Of a stretch of DNA of 64,000 nucleotides, positions 62,594 to 64,000 are shown piece after piece. Source of the stretch: an uncultured Candidatus Poseidoniales archaeon (GTDB lineage: Archaea; Thermoplasmatota; Poseidoniia; Poseidoniales; Poseidoniaceae). The stretch's first letter is position 1, and the number at the start of each line of letters is the position of its first letter. Location: positions 72,178 through 136,177 of the forward strand of contig CAJJAP010000004.1 in assembly GCA_905182185.1 (NCBI GenBank), in the 5' to 3' direction. The notes below the pieces were generated by a model. That model made no database searches and was not told the origin of the DNA. It saw nothing but the letters and a program-made list of their open reading frames with translations. The translations under genes were made by a program, and so were the position numbers.

Positions 62594-64000
62594 TCAGAAC
62601 CTCTTGTCAATTTCATTGAATAGGCTGACAACTTCATGATGCGCATCAACCTTTGAATTGATCATGTTTGGTATCTTACCAATTCCTGATGGTGGCACTA
62701 ATAGTCCTTGAAAACCACGGATTGGTGGCCCTCCATTACGCGTGAATCCTAATAGCATGCGTGCAGAAATACCGTTGAAAATGTTGCCAATCAAGCCAAG
62801 TGGCCCAAGCACCTGACGGTATAGTGTAGTTTCATTGACATTACCTGTCCACTTAACACTGCGTCCATACCACTTTACTAAGCGACCATGTTTACCACCG
62901 TAATTACTTGAGTTGAGTAGATGTGCTCTTGCAGAGTTCAATCCTCTTGCTGCAAGTTTCCCATCTGTTCCATAGCGTGCGATTGAAGATAAATCTGCTT
63001 CCGCCCATACTCCGTCTGTTTCATTCAATGAAGAGAGAATGCTCTTTCTTTGCTCTACCCCACACCTTGGGTCTTCAGCACGTAGCCATTGCTGTAAATG
63101 AATGCCTGGTCCTTCGTATGCCTTGTCATAACTTGAAGTATCCGACATTGATTGAACTAATTGATAAGATAAAATATCACTCTTTTGATGCAACTCAGTA
63201 GCGAGTGATGCTTCCATTGTACCAACAGCAGCGCCGTTCAATAAACGAGACCCTTCTCTTGGGTCGGCTCTCATCCAAGGCTCTGCTCTTGCCCTTGCTG
63301 CCTCATATCCTGATAAATCAACAATTAAGTCACGGATAATAGGTAATCCTGGTGCTGGTTCAATCTTCAAATTACCTCTAGACCCAATTAAATCTGAGAC
63401 TCGTGTGATATCTGCAAGAACAATTCTTCCATTAACACGAACTCCAGTAGTTGGCGTACCGCCGTTTGTTCCTCTTCTGAATGCCAAACTACCATCAATA
63501 TCTTGCTGAATTGCAAGCAACAAATCTTCAACTGTTGCGTGAGCAGGTACAGCGCACGAGATTGTGTCCCAGCCTGATTGTGCTGCGCTAGGACAATACC
63601 TGAATAATTCAATGGTTACTGAAATTTCATCCATTACTACCGTACCAGGTGTGAAATCACCAGAGGATACTGAATCATCTTGGCCAGCACCATATGCAGT
63701 CATTTCCTCAACTAATGATTCGTGGAATACTCCGGCACTATCGACACAAGCGATGCGAGGTAACACAGTTTTGACCCATGCAGCCCAAGGTTCGTCAAAA
63801 TCAACATCACATAGTTGTATTTCCTGAATTGAAGTCGCCCCTAGTGCTGAAAACTTTTGATCCCAATCCACTCCGGCTTTACAAAATTCGTCATAAGAAG
63901 AGTCTCCAATCGCACAAACTGAATAATTAAGTCCTGCTAAAGTAGGAGATGAACTGTTTATTCCTTGCCAGAAATCTTCTGCATTATCTGGCATATCACC
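62594..64000 (-). CDS. Flavodoxin fused to a Cys-less SdhB/FrdB-like domain (5' end lies outside the window)
   Basis: GDMPDNA...GDSSYDEFCKAG...LGA...CDVDF (MioC/CysJ-type flavodoxin), then FRY-P, TV-D-L-I-DIDGSLAFRR, KIEP-LPIIRDLIVD, Y-GP, DPR, GVW (SdhB scaffold). The frame is still open at 64000. Confidence 0.82.
   Translation of the reverse strand, partial: GDMPDNAEDFWQGINSSSPTLAGLNYSVCAIGDSSYDEFCKAGVDWDQKFSALGATSIQEIQLCDVDFDEPWAAWVKTVLPRIACVDSAGVFHESLVEEMTAYGAGQDDSVSSGDFTPGTVVMDEISVTIELFRYCPSAAQSGWDTISCAVPAHATVEDLLLAIQQDIDGSLAFRRGTNGGTPTTGVRVNGRIVLADITRVSDLIGSRGNLKIEPAPGLPIIRDLIVDLSGYEAARARAEPWMRADPREGSRLLNGAAVGTMEASLATELHQKSDILSYQLVQSMSDTSSYDKAYEGPGIHLQQWLRAEDPRCGVEQRKSILSSLNETDGVWAEADLSSIARYGTDGKLAARGLNSARAHLLNSSNYGGKHGRLVKWYGRSVKWTGNVNETTLYRQVLGPLGLIGNIFNGISARMLLGFTRNGGPPIRGFQGLLVPPSGIGKIPNMINSKVDAHHEVVSLFNEIDKRF

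Overview
Archaeal chromosome segment from Marine Group II Euryarchaeota (Ca. Poseidoniales). Support: a complete archaeal 16S rRNA gene carrying the EURY806 probe site, archaeal informational genes (aRF1, aIF2-beta, class I LysRS, Trm56, NOG1, Hef) and many bacterial-type metabolic genes. It is mostly core genome. Left part: a surface-protein end, selO, two identical tandem cold-shock genes, class Ia nrdAB, dut, lipB, ubiX, folB/folP, pyrH, argS, lysK and carAB. Right part: a stand-alone 16S rRNA gene, the full S10-spc-like ribosomal protein cluster (rpl3 to secY) and hef. No CRISPR array, tRNA or mobile element was seen. Five genes are split by single-base insertions that look like sequencing errors. 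The most unusual feature is at the right edge: a flavodoxin fused to an SdhB-like protein that has lost all Fe-S cysteine motifs, followed by an HdrB/SdhE-like CCG protein whose cluster motifs are also eroded. This could be an iron-free complex II-like module. Other oddities: SecY with four extra N-terminal TM helices, SAP domains on eL32 and on a membrane M28 peptidase, a synonymously diverged copy of a gene's 3' end forming a 19-aa ORF, a structured rpl3 leader, and a UUCG terminator directly after the 16S gene. All product calls come from motif recognition; no database searches were run.
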